Assembly: GCA_003518055.1 (NCBI GenBank)
Contig: DOZJ01000006.1
Location: 201,631-265,630, forward strand
Length of the DNA stretch: 64,000 nt
Reading direction: 5' to 3'
Origin: Candidatus Falkowbacteria bacterium
GTDB taxonomy: Bacteria > Patescibacteriota > Patescibacteriia > UBA11705
Program-made: the position numbers and the translations under genes
The notes under the pieces: model-generated
What the model saw: only the letters and a program-made list of their open reading frames with translations
Database searches by the model: none
Told to the model about the DNA's origin: nothing
Shown: in pieces, positions 43,471 to 52,980 of the stretch
How the letters are laid out: each line of letters starts with the position of its first letter
Numbering within the stretch: the stretch's first letter is position 1

Positions 43471-45045
43471 ATGCAAAAAAAACCAATAGTCTTGCTAATC
43501 CTCGACGGCTGGGGTTTGGCCCCGAAGTCAAAATTTAACGCGGTGGAGCAGGCCAAAAAGCCTAATTTCGACAAGTTGTGGAAAAAATATCCGCATACTT
43601 CGTTATCCGCGAGCGGGGATGGTGTCGGTTTGCCGGCGCGGCAGCCGGGAAATTCAGAAGCCGGTCATATGAACATCGGCGCTGGGCGTTTGGTGTTACA
43701 GGACACGATGATTATCAACCGCTCCATTGATGATAGAACTTTTTTTGGCAATACAGCGTTTTTGCACGCGTTTGATCATATAAAGGCCAACAAGTCGCGG
43801 CTGCATTTGATGGGTTTGGTCTCGGTTAACGGCAGCCCGCATAGTGATTTGAGGCATCTTTTTGCTTTGATTGAGTTGGCTAATGCGCAAAAACAACAAA
43901 AGATTTTTTTGCACCTTTTTACCGATGGCCGTGATTCGCCGCAGCATTCAATTTCTTCAATTATAAAAAAAATAAGATCACACGTACAAAAAATAAATGT
44001 TACCGGTGATATTGATGTTCAGATTGTAACTTTGATGGGTCGGTTTTACGCGATGGATCGGGGTAAAAATTGGAATCGAACCAAGGCGGCGTACGATTGT
44101 TTGGTTGAAAGTCGCTGCCGGCGTTTTCCTTCGGTTGAAGCGGCAATTGAGCACTCATATAACGCTGGTAATACGGATGAATATTTTGAGCCGTCAATTG
44201 TTGAAGATGATGATAATAAGGAACAGACACGGGTCAAAAAAAATGATGCAATTATATTTTTTAATTTGAGATCAGATCGAGCGCGGCAAATAGCGAAGGT
44301 GTTTGCGCAAAATGATTTTACCAAAAAAAACAACAAATCATTTACTCGGTCAAAGGTGGTGAAAAACGTTTTGTTTTGCGCCTTGACGGATTTTGGTCCG
44401 GATTTATCGAGTAATTTGGTCACTGCTTTTCCCGGTGATGATTTGATCGGCACGATGCCGTTTATCATGAATCGATATAAACAATTGTATATCGCTGAAA
44501 CGGAAAAATTTGCCCATGTAACATACTTTATCAACGGCGGTCATGCTGATCCGGTTTTTGCTGAGCAGCGCGTAAAGATTGATTCACCGAAAATACGCAG
44601 TTATGCGCAAAAACCGGAAATGTCAGTTTACAAAATTACCGATTATATAGTAAAAAGTATACAGAAGGGGACGGCAAATTTTATTGTGGCGAATTTTGCT
44701 AATCCTGATATGGTTGGGCATACCGGTGATTTTGAAGCCACGAAGGCGGCCATCTCGCATGTTGATAATTGTCTTGGGATGGTGGTGGCGGCGGTTCATG
44801 AACAGGAAGGAACATTGTTTGTTACCGCTGATCATGGTAACGCGGAAAAAATGATGGATGCCAATGGGGAAATTAATGTCCAGCATACGACCAACCCGGT
44901 GCCGTTCATTGTGGCTAACCATGATAAATCCATCCGGCTACGAAAAGGAATCTTGGGTGATATCGCGCCGACAATATACGATTATTTTGATATTATTAAG
45001 CCGGATTATGTGACTGGTAAGTCATTAATAACAAATCACAAATAA
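43471..45045 (+). CDS. gpmI: 2,3-bisphosphoglycerate-independent phosphoglycerate mutase, copy 1
   Basis: 524 aa with an LILDGWG N-terminus, a GNSEAGHMNIGAGR phosphoserine loop and an HTGDFEA metal-site motif. Confidence 0.85.
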   Translation: MQKKPIVLLILDGWGLAPKSKFNAVEQAKKPNFDKLWKKYPHTSLSASGDGVGLPARQPGNSEAGHMNIGAGRLVLQDTMIINRSIDDRTFFGNTAFLHAFDHIKANKSRLHLMGLVSVNGSPHSDLRHLFALIELANAQKQQKIFLHLFTDGRDSPQHSISSIIKKIRSHVQKINVTGDIDVQIVTLMGRFYAMDRGKNWNRTKAAYDCLVESRCRRFPSVEAAIEHSYNAGNTDEYFEPSIVEDDDNKEQTRVKKNDAIIFFNLRSDRARQIAKVFAQNDFTKKNNKSFTRSKVVKNVLFCALTDFGPDLSSNLVTAFPGDDLIGTMPFIMNRYKQLYIAETEKFAHVTYFINGGHADPVFAEQRVKIDSPKIRSYAQKPEMSVYKITDYIVKSIQKGTANFIVANFANPDMVGHTGDFEATKAAISHVDNCLGMVVAAVHEQEGTLFVTADHGNAEKMMDANGEINVQHTTNPVPFIVANHDKSIRLRKGILGDIAPTIYDYFDIIKPDYVTGKSLITNHK

Positions 45046-45090
45046 TAAATCATAAAAATTAAAATAGCTAGTTTAGAATTTATATATTAT

Positions 45091-46668
45091 ATGGCTCAAA
45101 AAAAACCGTTTGCTTTGATTGTCATGGATGGCTGGGGCGTTGCTCCGGCTTGCGATAGTAATGGCGTGACTTTGGCCAAAACGCCTAACTTTAACAATTA
45201 TATCTCGAATTTTCCCACATATACGTTATTGGCTTCAGGCGAAGCGGTGGGCTTGTCGTGGGGGGAAATCGGTAACTCGGAAGTCGGCCATTTAAATTTG
45301 GGGGTTGGGAAAATTATGTTTCAGAATTTGCCGCGAATCGATCGTGAAATCAATGACGGTAGTTTTTTTTCCAATGAAAGCTTTTTGAAGGCACTGGAAC
45401 ACGTAAAGAAAAATCGAAGCCGCTTGCACTTGATTGGTCTCATGAGTGATGGCAAGGTTCATTCAACCATAACGCATTTTTACGCTTTTTTGGATTTAGC
45501 CAAAAAAAATAAAGTGAAAGACGTATATATTCATGGGTTTTTGGATGGACGAGATACTCTGTACAACGGCGGCAAGGGTTATGTTCAAGAAATGCTAAAT
45601 AAAATGAAAGAAATCGGGGTCGGTGAATTGGCGACTTTGAGTGGTCGTTATTATGCCATGGATCGGGATAATCATTGGGAAAGAGTTGAAAAAACATATA
45701 AAGCGATGACTGAGGGCGTTAGCGATGAGTATTTTGATGATCCGGGTGAGGCGGTTGAAGCTTCTTACGCCAAAAAAGTGTATGATGAAGAGTTTATTCC
45801 GGTGGTTATTGGTAAACAAGGAAAACCAACAGCTGTAGTTGAGGCCGGTGATGCGTGTATTTTTATTAATTATCGCTCTGATCGGGCACGGCAGCTGACC
45901 AAGGCTTTTGTGGCGGATGATTTCAACAAGTTTAATCGAACGAAGATTGATAATTTGGTTTTTGTGACCATGACCGAATATGAAAAGGGCTTGCCGGTTG
46001 ACGTGGCGATGTCAAGGGACGACGCGGAGACCTGTTTGGCGCGGGTCGCCAGCGAGTCAGGGGTAAGTCAGTATCATATCGCGGAAACGGAAAAGTACGC
46101 GCATGTTACGTTCTTTTTTAATGGAGGCAAGGAAGATGTTTTTAAAAATGAAGATCGTGATGTGATTCCATCGCCCCGCGTGGCCAGTTTTGCTGATAAG
46201 CCGGAAATGTCCGCGCTTGATGTTACTCAGAAATTATCAAAAGTAATGTTGCAGGAGAAACATGATTTTTATGTGGTTAATTATGCCAATCCGGATATGG
46301 TTGGTCATACCGGCGATATTAACGCGGTGATCAAGGCGGTTCAAACAACCGATTATTGTGTGGGACAGATTGTTGATTTGATTTTGTCCAAAGGCGGCAG
46401 CTGTATTTTGACGGCTGATCATGGCAACTGCGAGGAGCTGCGGAATTTGCAGACCGGGGAAATCAGCAAGGATCACTCAACCAATCCGGTGCCGTGCGTT
46501 GTTATCGGTGAAAAGTATCGCGGCAAAACCAACCCTGATTCTCAGGTTATTGGCGGTGATTTGAGTTTACTCCGGCCGGTGGGGTTGCTGTCCGATGTTT
46601 CGGCCACAGCGTTGAAAATGATGGATTTGGAGATTCCCAAGTACTTGAGTGGGAGACCGTTGATATAA
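45091..46668 (+). CDS. gpmI: 2,3-bisphosphoglycerate-independent phosphoglycerate mutase, copy 2 (tandem paralog)
   Basis: 525 aa with IVMDGWG, GNSEVGHLNLGVGK and HTGDINA. Divergent from copy 1 (~35-40% identity by eye). Confidence 0.85.
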   Translation: MAQKKPFALIVMDGWGVAPACDSNGVTLAKTPNFNNYISNFPTYTLLASGEAVGLSWGEIGNSEVGHLNLGVGKIMFQNLPRIDREINDGSFFSNESFLKALEHVKKNRSRLHLIGLMSDGKVHSTITHFYAFLDLAKKNKVKDVYIHGFLDGRDTLYNGGKGYVQEMLNKMKEIGVGELATLSGRYYAMDRDNHWERVEKTYKAMTEGVSDEYFDDPGEAVEASYAKKVYDEEFIPVVIGKQGKPTAVVEAGDACIFINYRSDRARQLTKAFVADDFNKFNRTKIDNLVFVTMTEYEKGLPVDVAMSRDDAETCLARVASESGVSQYHIAETEKYAHVTFFFNGGKEDVFKNEDRDVIPSPRVASFADKPEMSALDVTQKLSKVMLQEKHDFYVVNYANPDMVGHTGDINAVIKAVQTTDYCVGQIVDLILSKGGSCILTADHGNCEELRNLQTGEISKDHSTNPVPCVVIGEKYRGKTNPDSQVIGGDLSLLRPVGLLSDVSATALKMMDLEIPKYLSGRPLI

Positions 46669-46729
46669 AATTCTAAATCATAAATTATAAATTCTAAAAC
46701 ATTTAGGATTTATAATTTATTTTGTAAAT

Positions 46730-47599
46730 ATGCCTGAGCTGCCAGAGGTTGAAACCGTCCGGAGTGATTTGGAACGGTTTGTGACCGGGAAAAAAGTGAT
46801 AAAAATCACGATTAAACAAGATTTTGTTAAAAAAATTCAGCCATCAGCGGCGGAATTTGTTTCAAGTCTTGAAAATGAAAGATTGGCAGGAATATACAGG
46901 CGAGGGAAAATGCTGGTGTTTGATTTTGGGCCAAATAAAAAGGTGCTGGCCCATCTCAAAATGACCGGCCAGTTTGTATTTGTTTCGCCGCGCAACGAAT
47001 TAACCGCCGGCGGTCATCCTATTGATCAAGAAGCGGGAAAACCAATGAAGTTTAACAAAGTTCACTTTGATTTTGGGTCGGCTGGGGATTTGTTTTTTAA
47101 TGATATGCGGAAATTCGGTTATTTCAAATTGGTTGGTGATGAAGAAGCGGAAAGAGAAATGATAAGATTTGGTCTTGAACCTCACACTAGAAGTTTTACC
47201 ATAAAGAAATTTGAGGGTATTTTAGAGCGACGCCCAAGGTGGGAAATAAAAAAATTCCTGCTGGCACAGGATTTAATCGCTGGTGTGGGGAATATTTACG
47301 CGGATGAATGTTTGTTCGCGGCTGGAATCCGAGGTGATCGGCCGGTAGCGAGTTTGGCTGGAGACGAAATTGAAAAGTTGTTTGCAGCCCTGAAACGGAT
47401 TATGGCTAAGGCCATTAAATATCGCGGCACGTCGGTCAGTGATTATGTTGACGGCCGAGGCAACAAGGGAGGCTATGCTCGGTTTCTCAATGTTTATAAA
47501 CAAGCAGGGAAAATTTGTCACCGCTGCGGCCGCGGGCAGATTCAAAAAACCAAGTTGGCCGGCAGAGGAACGAGTTATTGTCCCGTGTGTCAGAAGTGA
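46730..47599 (+). CDS. mutM: formamidopyrimidine-DNA glycosylase (Fpg/MutM)
   Basis: An N-terminal PELPEVE catalytic proline, an H2TH domain and a C-terminal CHRCG…CPVCQ zinc finger. Confidence 0.9.
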   Translation: MPELPEVETVRSDLERFVTGKKVIKITIKQDFVKKIQPSAAEFVSSLENERLAGIYRRGKMLVFDFGPNKKVLAHLKMTGQFVFVSPRNELTAGGHPIDQEAGKPMKFNKVHFDFGSAGDLFFNDMRKFGYFKLVGDEEAEREMIRFGLEPHTRSFTIKKFEGILERRPRWEIKKFLLAQDLIAGVGNIYADECLFAAGIRGDRPVASLAGDEIEKLFAALKRIMAKAIKYRGTSVSDYVDGRGNKGGYARFLNVYKQAGKICHRCGRGQIQKTKLAGRGTSYCPVCQK

Positions 47600-47662
47600 A
47601 CTTTATAGAGTATTTTTTCAGGTTGTGGTAACTGATAACGTAAAGAACAGTTAGTTGACAGA

Positions 47663-48094
47663 TTAACCGAGAAATAAAATATATAAAGCGGTGATTAGCA
47701 AGCCGACAACCATACCGGCAAAGACTTCGAGGTAGGTGTGGCCGACTCGTTCATTAAGATATTGATATTGGTAATTTTTATCGTGTGGCAGCCGGCTGAT
47801 TTGCAAATTAATGGTCTGCGCGTGGAGACCGATTTGGCGGCGGAAGCCGACGGCGTCGCGCAGGACGATCAGAGAGAAAACGATGGCCAAAGCAAAGATA
47901 GCTGAATCCCAGCCGTCATAATAACCGGCGGCAGCGCTGAGAGATATAACCATTGCTGTGTGAGAAGATGGCATCCCGCCATAACTGTTGAATTCTTTCC
48001 ATGAAAATTGGCGCTTGGAGAGAAAAATTATTATTTTGATGATTTGGGCCACGATGGCGGCAGTAAGCGGGATGATCAAAAGGGTGTAGTTCAT
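47663..48094 (-). CDS. divergent PAP2 family membrane protein (YuiD/DUF212-like)
   Basis: 143 aa with 4 TM helices and a GGMPSSHTAMV motif. Confidence 0.7.
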   Translation of the reverse strand: MNYTLLIIPLTAAIVAQIIKIIIFLSKRQFSWKEFNSYGGMPSSHTAMVISLSAAAGYYDGWDSAIFALAIVFSLIVLRDAVGFRRQIGLHAQTINLQISRLPHDKNYQYQYLNERVGHTYLEVFAGMVVGLLITALYILFLG

Positions 48095-48176
48095 ATGGGA
48101 TTTTATGTATAATAGAATATATTAACTATGACGGTTGAAAGTTTGGCGTGTTGGTTTTAAATATTAATAATGTATT

Positions 48177-48986
48177 ATGATAATTATTTACGCGACATTT
48201 TTTGCCTTGGTTCAAGCGGTAACGGAATTTTGGCCCGTGTCGAGTTCCGGACACTTGGTTTTGCTGCACGAATTGCTCCAGATGCAGGTGATAGATGATT
48301 TAACTTTTGATGTGGCCTTGCATTTAGGTACAGCATTAGCTTTGATTTGGTATTTTTGGGTTGATATCAAGCGGTATGCCAAAGCTTTTTTTTCTATCTT
48401 TCGTGGAGTGAACTTGGGCAGTGAAGATCAGAAAACTGTATTTAATTTAATGCTGGCAACCGTGCCGGCTGTGTTGGTTGGAATCTTTTTGGAAAGTACG
48501 ATTGAGGTGGTGTTTCGCAGTGTCATCATTGTAGCGATAAATCTTATAGTCGGCGGATTGATTATTTTTGCCGTAGAGCGCTGGGGGCAGAAAAAACGAG
48601 ATTTTGAGAATTTGTCACTGATTGAATCGTTTGGGATCGGCTGCGCTCAAGCTTTGGCGTTGATTCCCGGCGTGTCGCGGTCCGGCAGTACCATTATAAC
48701 AGGAATGATTTTAAAATTGAAACGACCGGAAGCGGCGAGATTTTCTTTTTTACTCAGCATCCCGATTGTGCTTGGCGCCGCGGCCAAAAAATTATTTGAA
48801 ATTTCATGGAATTTGGTCAGTGCCAAAGAATTATACATTTTTTTGTATAGCGTTATTCTGACCTTTGTCATCGGCTATTTCATTATCAAATATTTTTTGC
48901 GCTTTTTGCAAAATCGGTCATTAAATATTTTCGGCTGGTACCGGATTTTGTTGGGATTGATTATTTTGGCGGTGTATTATTTATAG
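48177..48986 (+). CDS. uppP: undecaprenyl-diphosphatase UppP (BacA)
   Basis: 269 aa polytopic membrane protein with the conserved VTEFWPVSSSGHL N-terminal motif. Confidence 0.9.
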   Translation: MIIIYATFFALVQAVTEFWPVSSSGHLVLLHELLQMQVIDDLTFDVALHLGTALALIWYFWVDIKRYAKAFFSIFRGVNLGSEDQKTVFNLMLATVPAVLVGIFLESTIEVVFRSVIIVAINLIVGGLIIFAVERWGQKKRDFENLSLIESFGIGCAQALALIPGVSRSGSTIITGMILKLKRPEAARFSFLLSIPIVLGAAAKKLFEISWNLVSAKELYIFLYSVILTFVIGYFIIKYFLRFLQNRSLNIFGWYRILLGLIILAVYYL

Positions 48987-49002
48987 CGATTGCATGTTTG
49001 GC

Positions 49003-49034
49003 CAAACGAAAAAGACTCCAGGTTTGAAGTCTTT
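49003..49034 (-). terminator. terminator of GC-rich cassette B (AAAGACTccaggtttgaAGTCTTT), bidirectional with uppP
   Basis: 7-bp stem. On the minus strand it is followed by TTTTTCGTTT. Confidence 0.55.
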
Positions 49035-49067
49035 TCTCAATGTTGTGAGATTTGTTCGATCAGTGGG

Positions 49068-49622
49068 TTAGTAGCGGAATGCTTCATCTTCGAGTGGGAG
49101 GCCGAGCGCGGAGCCCAGCCGGTGAAGGCCGAGCCAGATCAGGGCGATGAGGCTCACGACGTAGCCGATGGCCATGAACGGCCAGACGAACGACATCAGA
49201 CCGATGTACGTGCCGCGTTCGCCGACGATGTTGGTCCCGAAGGATAGCTTTTCCGGGATTTCGACATCGTTAATGTTGCTATCTCGGTCGAGAAACGCTG
49301 GCAGGAGTGACGGGAACAGGATGAAGTGGTACCAGCGGATGTGGTCGAGCCGGAAGAAGATCCGGCTGACATCCCTGCTGGGAAGCTTGTAATGCCCCAA
49401 GAGAGTCAGTCTGAACTGGTATCCTTTGTTGGCCTCGTGCCACCGGATCCAGCCGTAGATCAGGCCGAATGCGAAGTAGCCGAGCGGAATCATGACGAAC
49501 CAAGTCCACAGGAACGCGTGAGCGGCTTCCATGTATTTCTCTTTCCGGTCAGCATTGGCTGACTGAATTGACGTTGTTTGAGCTTCAGGCACGCTCGAAG
49601 GACAGGTTTTCTTGGCCGTCAT
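49068..49622 (-). CDS. membrane protein encoded in GC-rich island B, distal gene (real start probably MEAAHAF… near 49532)
   Basis: ~62-65% GC with 3-4 TM helices. Lies downstream of and slightly overlapping the 145-aa ORF. The listed start overlaps the upstream gene. Confidence 0.45.
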   Translation of the reverse strand: MTAKKTCPSSVPEAQTTSIQSANADRKEKYMEAAHAFLWTWFVMIPLGYFAFGLIYGWIRWHEANKGYQFRLTLLGHYKLPSRDVSRIFFRLDHIRWYHFILFPSLLPAFLDRDSNINDVEIPEKLSFGTNIVGERGTYIGLMSFVWPFMAIGYVVSLIALIWLGLHRLGSALGLPLEDEAFRY

Positions 49623-50022
49623 CGTCGATGTAGTAGTTGAATACTTCTCCGTTGTATTCGGCTTTGAGCGCTCGGGCGAAGTAGATTCGGGTGGCGGACT
49701 GTTCGATGTATATGGTGATGTAGAACGTCGATCCTGACGGGAAGCTGATCGAGGCTAGGATATGCCAGTCCCAGCCGGCGCCGTTGTGGAATTCCTTCAG
49801 ATCAGGATTGAAGAGAGTGGTGGCGACCGGATTGCCGAAGTTGGCCTGGAGAATTGCGGCATATGCGTTCAGCACGGCGATCGTTTTGAGATCGATACGT
49901 GTCAGTGTCAGCTTCGTGCCGGATTTACGGCACTTGTCCGAGATGCTCCTTGAGACAAATCCGGGCAGCGTCGGATCGATACCCAGAAACAGCCGAGCCA
50001 TGTCACGACCATGAGCGTTCAT
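49585..50022 (-). CDS. hypothetical protein encoded in GC-rich island B, proximal gene (145 aa)
   Basis: ~65% GC. GGGAGGGAAACC RBS, a structured 5' UTR and shared promoter module copy B immediately upstream. Confidence 0.5.
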   Translation of the reverse strand: MNAHGRDMARLFLGIDPTLPGFVSRSISDKCRKSGTKLTLTRIDLKTIAVLNAYAAILQANFGNPVATTLFNPDLKEFHNGAGWDWHILASISFPSGSTFYITIYIEQSATRIYFARALKAEYNGEVFNYYIDDDGQENLSFERA

Positions 50023-50096
50023 GGTTTCCCTCCCGGAGCCTTGAGCTCCAATGTGTCCCTCTTGAAGGGACGGGTGAAAAGAACTATATAGTAGAT

Positions 50097-50128
50097 ATTA
50101 TATCATACTTTGAATAAAAAGTCAATAG
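50097..50128 (-). promoter_or_regulatory. shared promoter module, copy B (TTGACTTTTTATTCAAAGTATGATATAAT)
   Basis: Minus-strand TTGACT-N17-TATAAT, near-identical to copies A and C. Confidence 0.7.
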
Positions 50129-50291
50129 TAGTGGCTAGAATTAGGTGAAAATAGGCGATAATTGTTATAATTTTGCTAATTAATCTAATTATTTTGATAA
50201 TTGTTCTTATTTAGAGCAATTAGAATAATTAGGACTTAGAATAATTTTTAATGATTTTTTGTTTTTTAGATTTATGCTACAGTAGTTTTAT

Positions 50292-51371
50292 ATGAAATTA
50301 GTGATCATGGCCGGAGGCGGCGGGACTCGATTGTGGCCGCTCAGCCGCGAGGCCAAACCAAAACAATTCAGCCGAATTGTCGGCAACAAAACCATGTTCG
50401 AGGAAACAGTGGCCAGATTTATGGCGGATTTTAGTTTCAACGATATTTACGTGGTTTTGAATGAACAGCTGTTGGCTCAAGCGCGGGAATTGGTCCCGGA
50501 AATCCCGCGACAAAATTATATCGTGGAACCGGAAAAACGTGATACAGCGCCGGCGATGGGTTTTGTCGCGGCCACGTTGTATGATCAAATGCCGGATGAG
50601 CCGATCGCTTTTATTCCGTCCGATCATTATATCGCTGATACTGGTAAATTTATTCGGATGATCAAAATGGCTGAGGCGATAATTCGCAATCAAGGCAAAA
50701 TGGTTGATATCGCCATTCATCCGACTTTTCCCAGCACAGTGCTCGGCTATACCAAAGTCGGTCAATGTTTAAGCTGCGACGATGTTGAAATATATGAATT
50801 TCTTGGCCATACGGAAAAACCCAAATTCGAAACGGCCAAACAATACCTTGAAGACGGTAGTTATTTGTGGCACGCCAGCTATTATATGTGGACACCGCGG
50901 AAAATGCTCGAGGCTTTTAGCAAACACAGCCCAAGCCACGGCGACAAATTGCATCAAATAGTCGAAGCGTTAAAAATAAATAATCAAGAATTGGTGAAAA
51001 TGGCTTTTAATCAGATGGAAAAGATTTCGTTTGACTACGCGGTGACGGAAAAGATTGATCCGAGTGAAGTTTTGATTATGAAAGGTGATTTTGGCTGGAG
51101 CGATGTGGGTGCGTTTGATGTGCTGCACGAGGCGCAAAAGCATTTGATGGATGAAAATTCCAATGTGGTAAAAGCCAACCATATTCATCGTGATTCTTCC
51201 GACAATTTGATATACACGACCAAGGATAAATTGGTGGCGACGGTCGGTTTGAATGATTACGCGGTGATTGATACTGATGATGTTCTCTTGATTTGTCCGA
51301 AAAGCAAATCGCAGGAAGTAAAAAAAATTGTCGAGCAATTAAAAAATAACGGGCAGGATAAATATTTATGA
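50292..51371 (+). CDS. mannose-1-phosphate guanylyltransferase (NTP-transferase family)
   Basis: 359 aa with an N-terminal LVIMAGGGGTRLWPLS nucleotidyltransferase motif. Confidence 0.8.
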   Translation: MKLVIMAGGGGTRLWPLSREAKPKQFSRIVGNKTMFEETVARFMADFSFNDIYVVLNEQLLAQARELVPEIPRQNYIVEPEKRDTAPAMGFVAATLYDQMPDEPIAFIPSDHYIADTGKFIRMIKMAEAIIRNQGKMVDIAIHPTFPSTVLGYTKVGQCLSCDDVEIYEFLGHTEKPKFETAKQYLEDGSYLWHASYYMWTPRKMLEAFSKHSPSHGDKLHQIVEALKINNQELVKMAFNQMEKISFDYAVTEKIDPSEVLIMKGDFGWSDVGAFDVLHEAQKHLMDENSNVVKANHIHRDSSDNLIYTTKDKLVATVGLNDYAVIDTDDVLLICPKSKSQEVKKIVEQLKNNGQDKYL

Positions 51372-52372
51372 ATGTGGCAGTGAAAATCATTCTAGGTTTA
51401 CTCGCAGTGTTTGTGGTTTTTTGGTTTGGGTTGAATATTATGATCGAAGCGCCGAATAATAATCCTTTCGGATCAAAAAAACTTATTGTCGATGAGGGAA
51501 TGGGTGTCGGTGACATCGCTGAAAGATTAAAAAATGAGGGTTTCACAAAAAAAGATTTTATTTTCAAAACCTATGTGTTATTGAGAGGGCTGCGGGCTGA
51601 ATTTCATCCGGGTGAATATCAACTTGAGACCAACATGAATTTGAAAGAAATCATTACCATTTTAACTGATGAGAGAACGGTCCGTGATGAAGTGTCAATA
51701 ACGATAATCGAGGGGTGGAAAAACGTAGAGATCGCCGAGTATTTGGAAAGTAAGGTTTTGTTTTCGGCTGAGGATTTTTTACACGTGGCAAATGAAACGC
51801 CAAATTTTGATTATAATTTTTTGGGATTTAAGCCGCGAACGGTTGGTTTGGAGGGATTTCTTTATCCTGATACATATGTTGTCTACACGGATTCAACGCC
51901 CGAAGACGTGATAATAAAAATGTTGGATAATTTTGAGAGAAAACTTGATGCTGAGGTGATGAAAGAGATTGGGCGTCAGAAAAGAGACCTGTATGAGGTT
52001 TTAACTTTGGCCAGTATCGTGGAAAAAGAGATGTTTGGGTATGAGAATCGGCAAATCGTCGCCGGGATTTTTTGGGAAAGGTTAGGCGACAATTATCCTT
52101 TGCAATCGGACGCGACCGTAAATTACATCACTCGAAAGGGGACAACCAGACCCAGCCTTGATGACACAAAAATTGAAAATCCCTATAATACATATCAGGT
52201 GATAGGGCTGCCGCCAACTCCGATATGTAATCCCAGCATTGAGGCGATTAGAGCGGTGGTTTACCCCAAAGAAACTGATTATTACTTTTTTCTCACTACG
52301 CCGAATAATAAAATAATATTCAGCCGAAATCATGAGGAACACATCGCGAATAGAATAAAATATTTGGATTAA
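51368..52372 (+). CDS. mltG: endolytic murein transglycosylase MltG (YceG-like)
   Basis: 334 aa with an N-terminal TM and a YceG domain (LTLASIVEKE…, QSDATVNY). Confidence 0.8.
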   Translation: MNVAVKIILGLLAVFVVFWFGLNIMIEAPNNNPFGSKKLIVDEGMGVGDIAERLKNEGFTKKDFIFKTYVLLRGLRAEFHPGEYQLETNMNLKEIITILTDERTVRDEVSITIIEGWKNVEIAEYLESKVLFSAEDFLHVANETPNFDYNFLGFKPRTVGLEGFLYPDTYVVYTDSTPEDVIIKMLDNFERKLDAEVMKEIGRQKRDLYEVLTLASIVEKEMFGYENRQIVAGIFWERLGDNYPLQSDATVNYITRKGTTRPSLDDTKIENPYNTYQVIGLPPTPICNPSIEAIRAVVYPKETDYYFFLTTPNNKIIFSRNHEEHIANRIKYLD

Positions 52373-52404
52373 ATAAAAATCATTACTATTATATTGAAAT
52401 AAGT

Positions 52405-52977
52405 ATGCTCAATCAAAATTTTTGGAAGAAAATCAATGATGATCAGGCTGAATATGATCAATCTCGACGGATTATTATCGGTCAATCGAGCAAGGCCTTG
52501 CATCTGGCAAAACAGACTATTTTCGCGCTTCATCGGAATAACCTTGATGAGGCGAGGACGAAGCTGGAAGAAAGTGAGCAATTTTTGAAAGCTTTGGAAA
52601 AGGATTTCGCCAAGAACCAGAAGCTTCGATTCGAGGGCAGCTGGTGTGCGGCGGTCGAGGAGTATGTGGAGGCCAGATTATTTTTTATGTATGTGAATGG
52701 CGATGAGGTCGGTGAAATTACCGGTTTGCATATTGAGCCGCAAGAATATTTGGGCGGATTTTCAGATTTTACCGGCGAGCTTTTGCGCCGAGCGGTGTTG
52801 CTTTCCGCCGAAGAAAAGTTTGATGAGGTGAAAAAGATTGCTCAGGAAATATCTGATGCGATTGATATCTTGTTGGCTTACAATTTGAGCGGCTTGCTCA
52901 GAACAAAGTTTGATCAGGCCAAGAATAATTTGAATAAAATTGAACATGTGTTGTACGATATTAGCATGAGAAGATAA
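52405..52977 (+). CDS. hypothetical protein (190 aa, helical)
   Basis: ORF only. No confident family assignment. Confidence 0.4.
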   Translation: MLNQNFWKKINDDQAEYDQSRRIIIGQSSKALHLAKQTIFALHRNNLDEARTKLEESEQFLKALEKDFAKNQKLRFEGSWCAAVEEYVEARLFFMYVNGDEVGEITGLHIEPQEYLGGFSDFTGELLRRAVLLSAEEKFDEVKKIAQEISDAIDILLAYNLSGLLRTKFDQAKNNLNKIEHVLYDISMRR

Positions 52978-52980
52978 CTT

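Noticed and set aside
49168-49953. Plus-strand ORFs inside GC island B (49168-49392, 49326-49562, 49762-49953, 49784-50014)
   Set aside because: They lie antisense to the minus-strand operon, which carries a promoter, RBS and terminator. They are high-GC frame artefacts.
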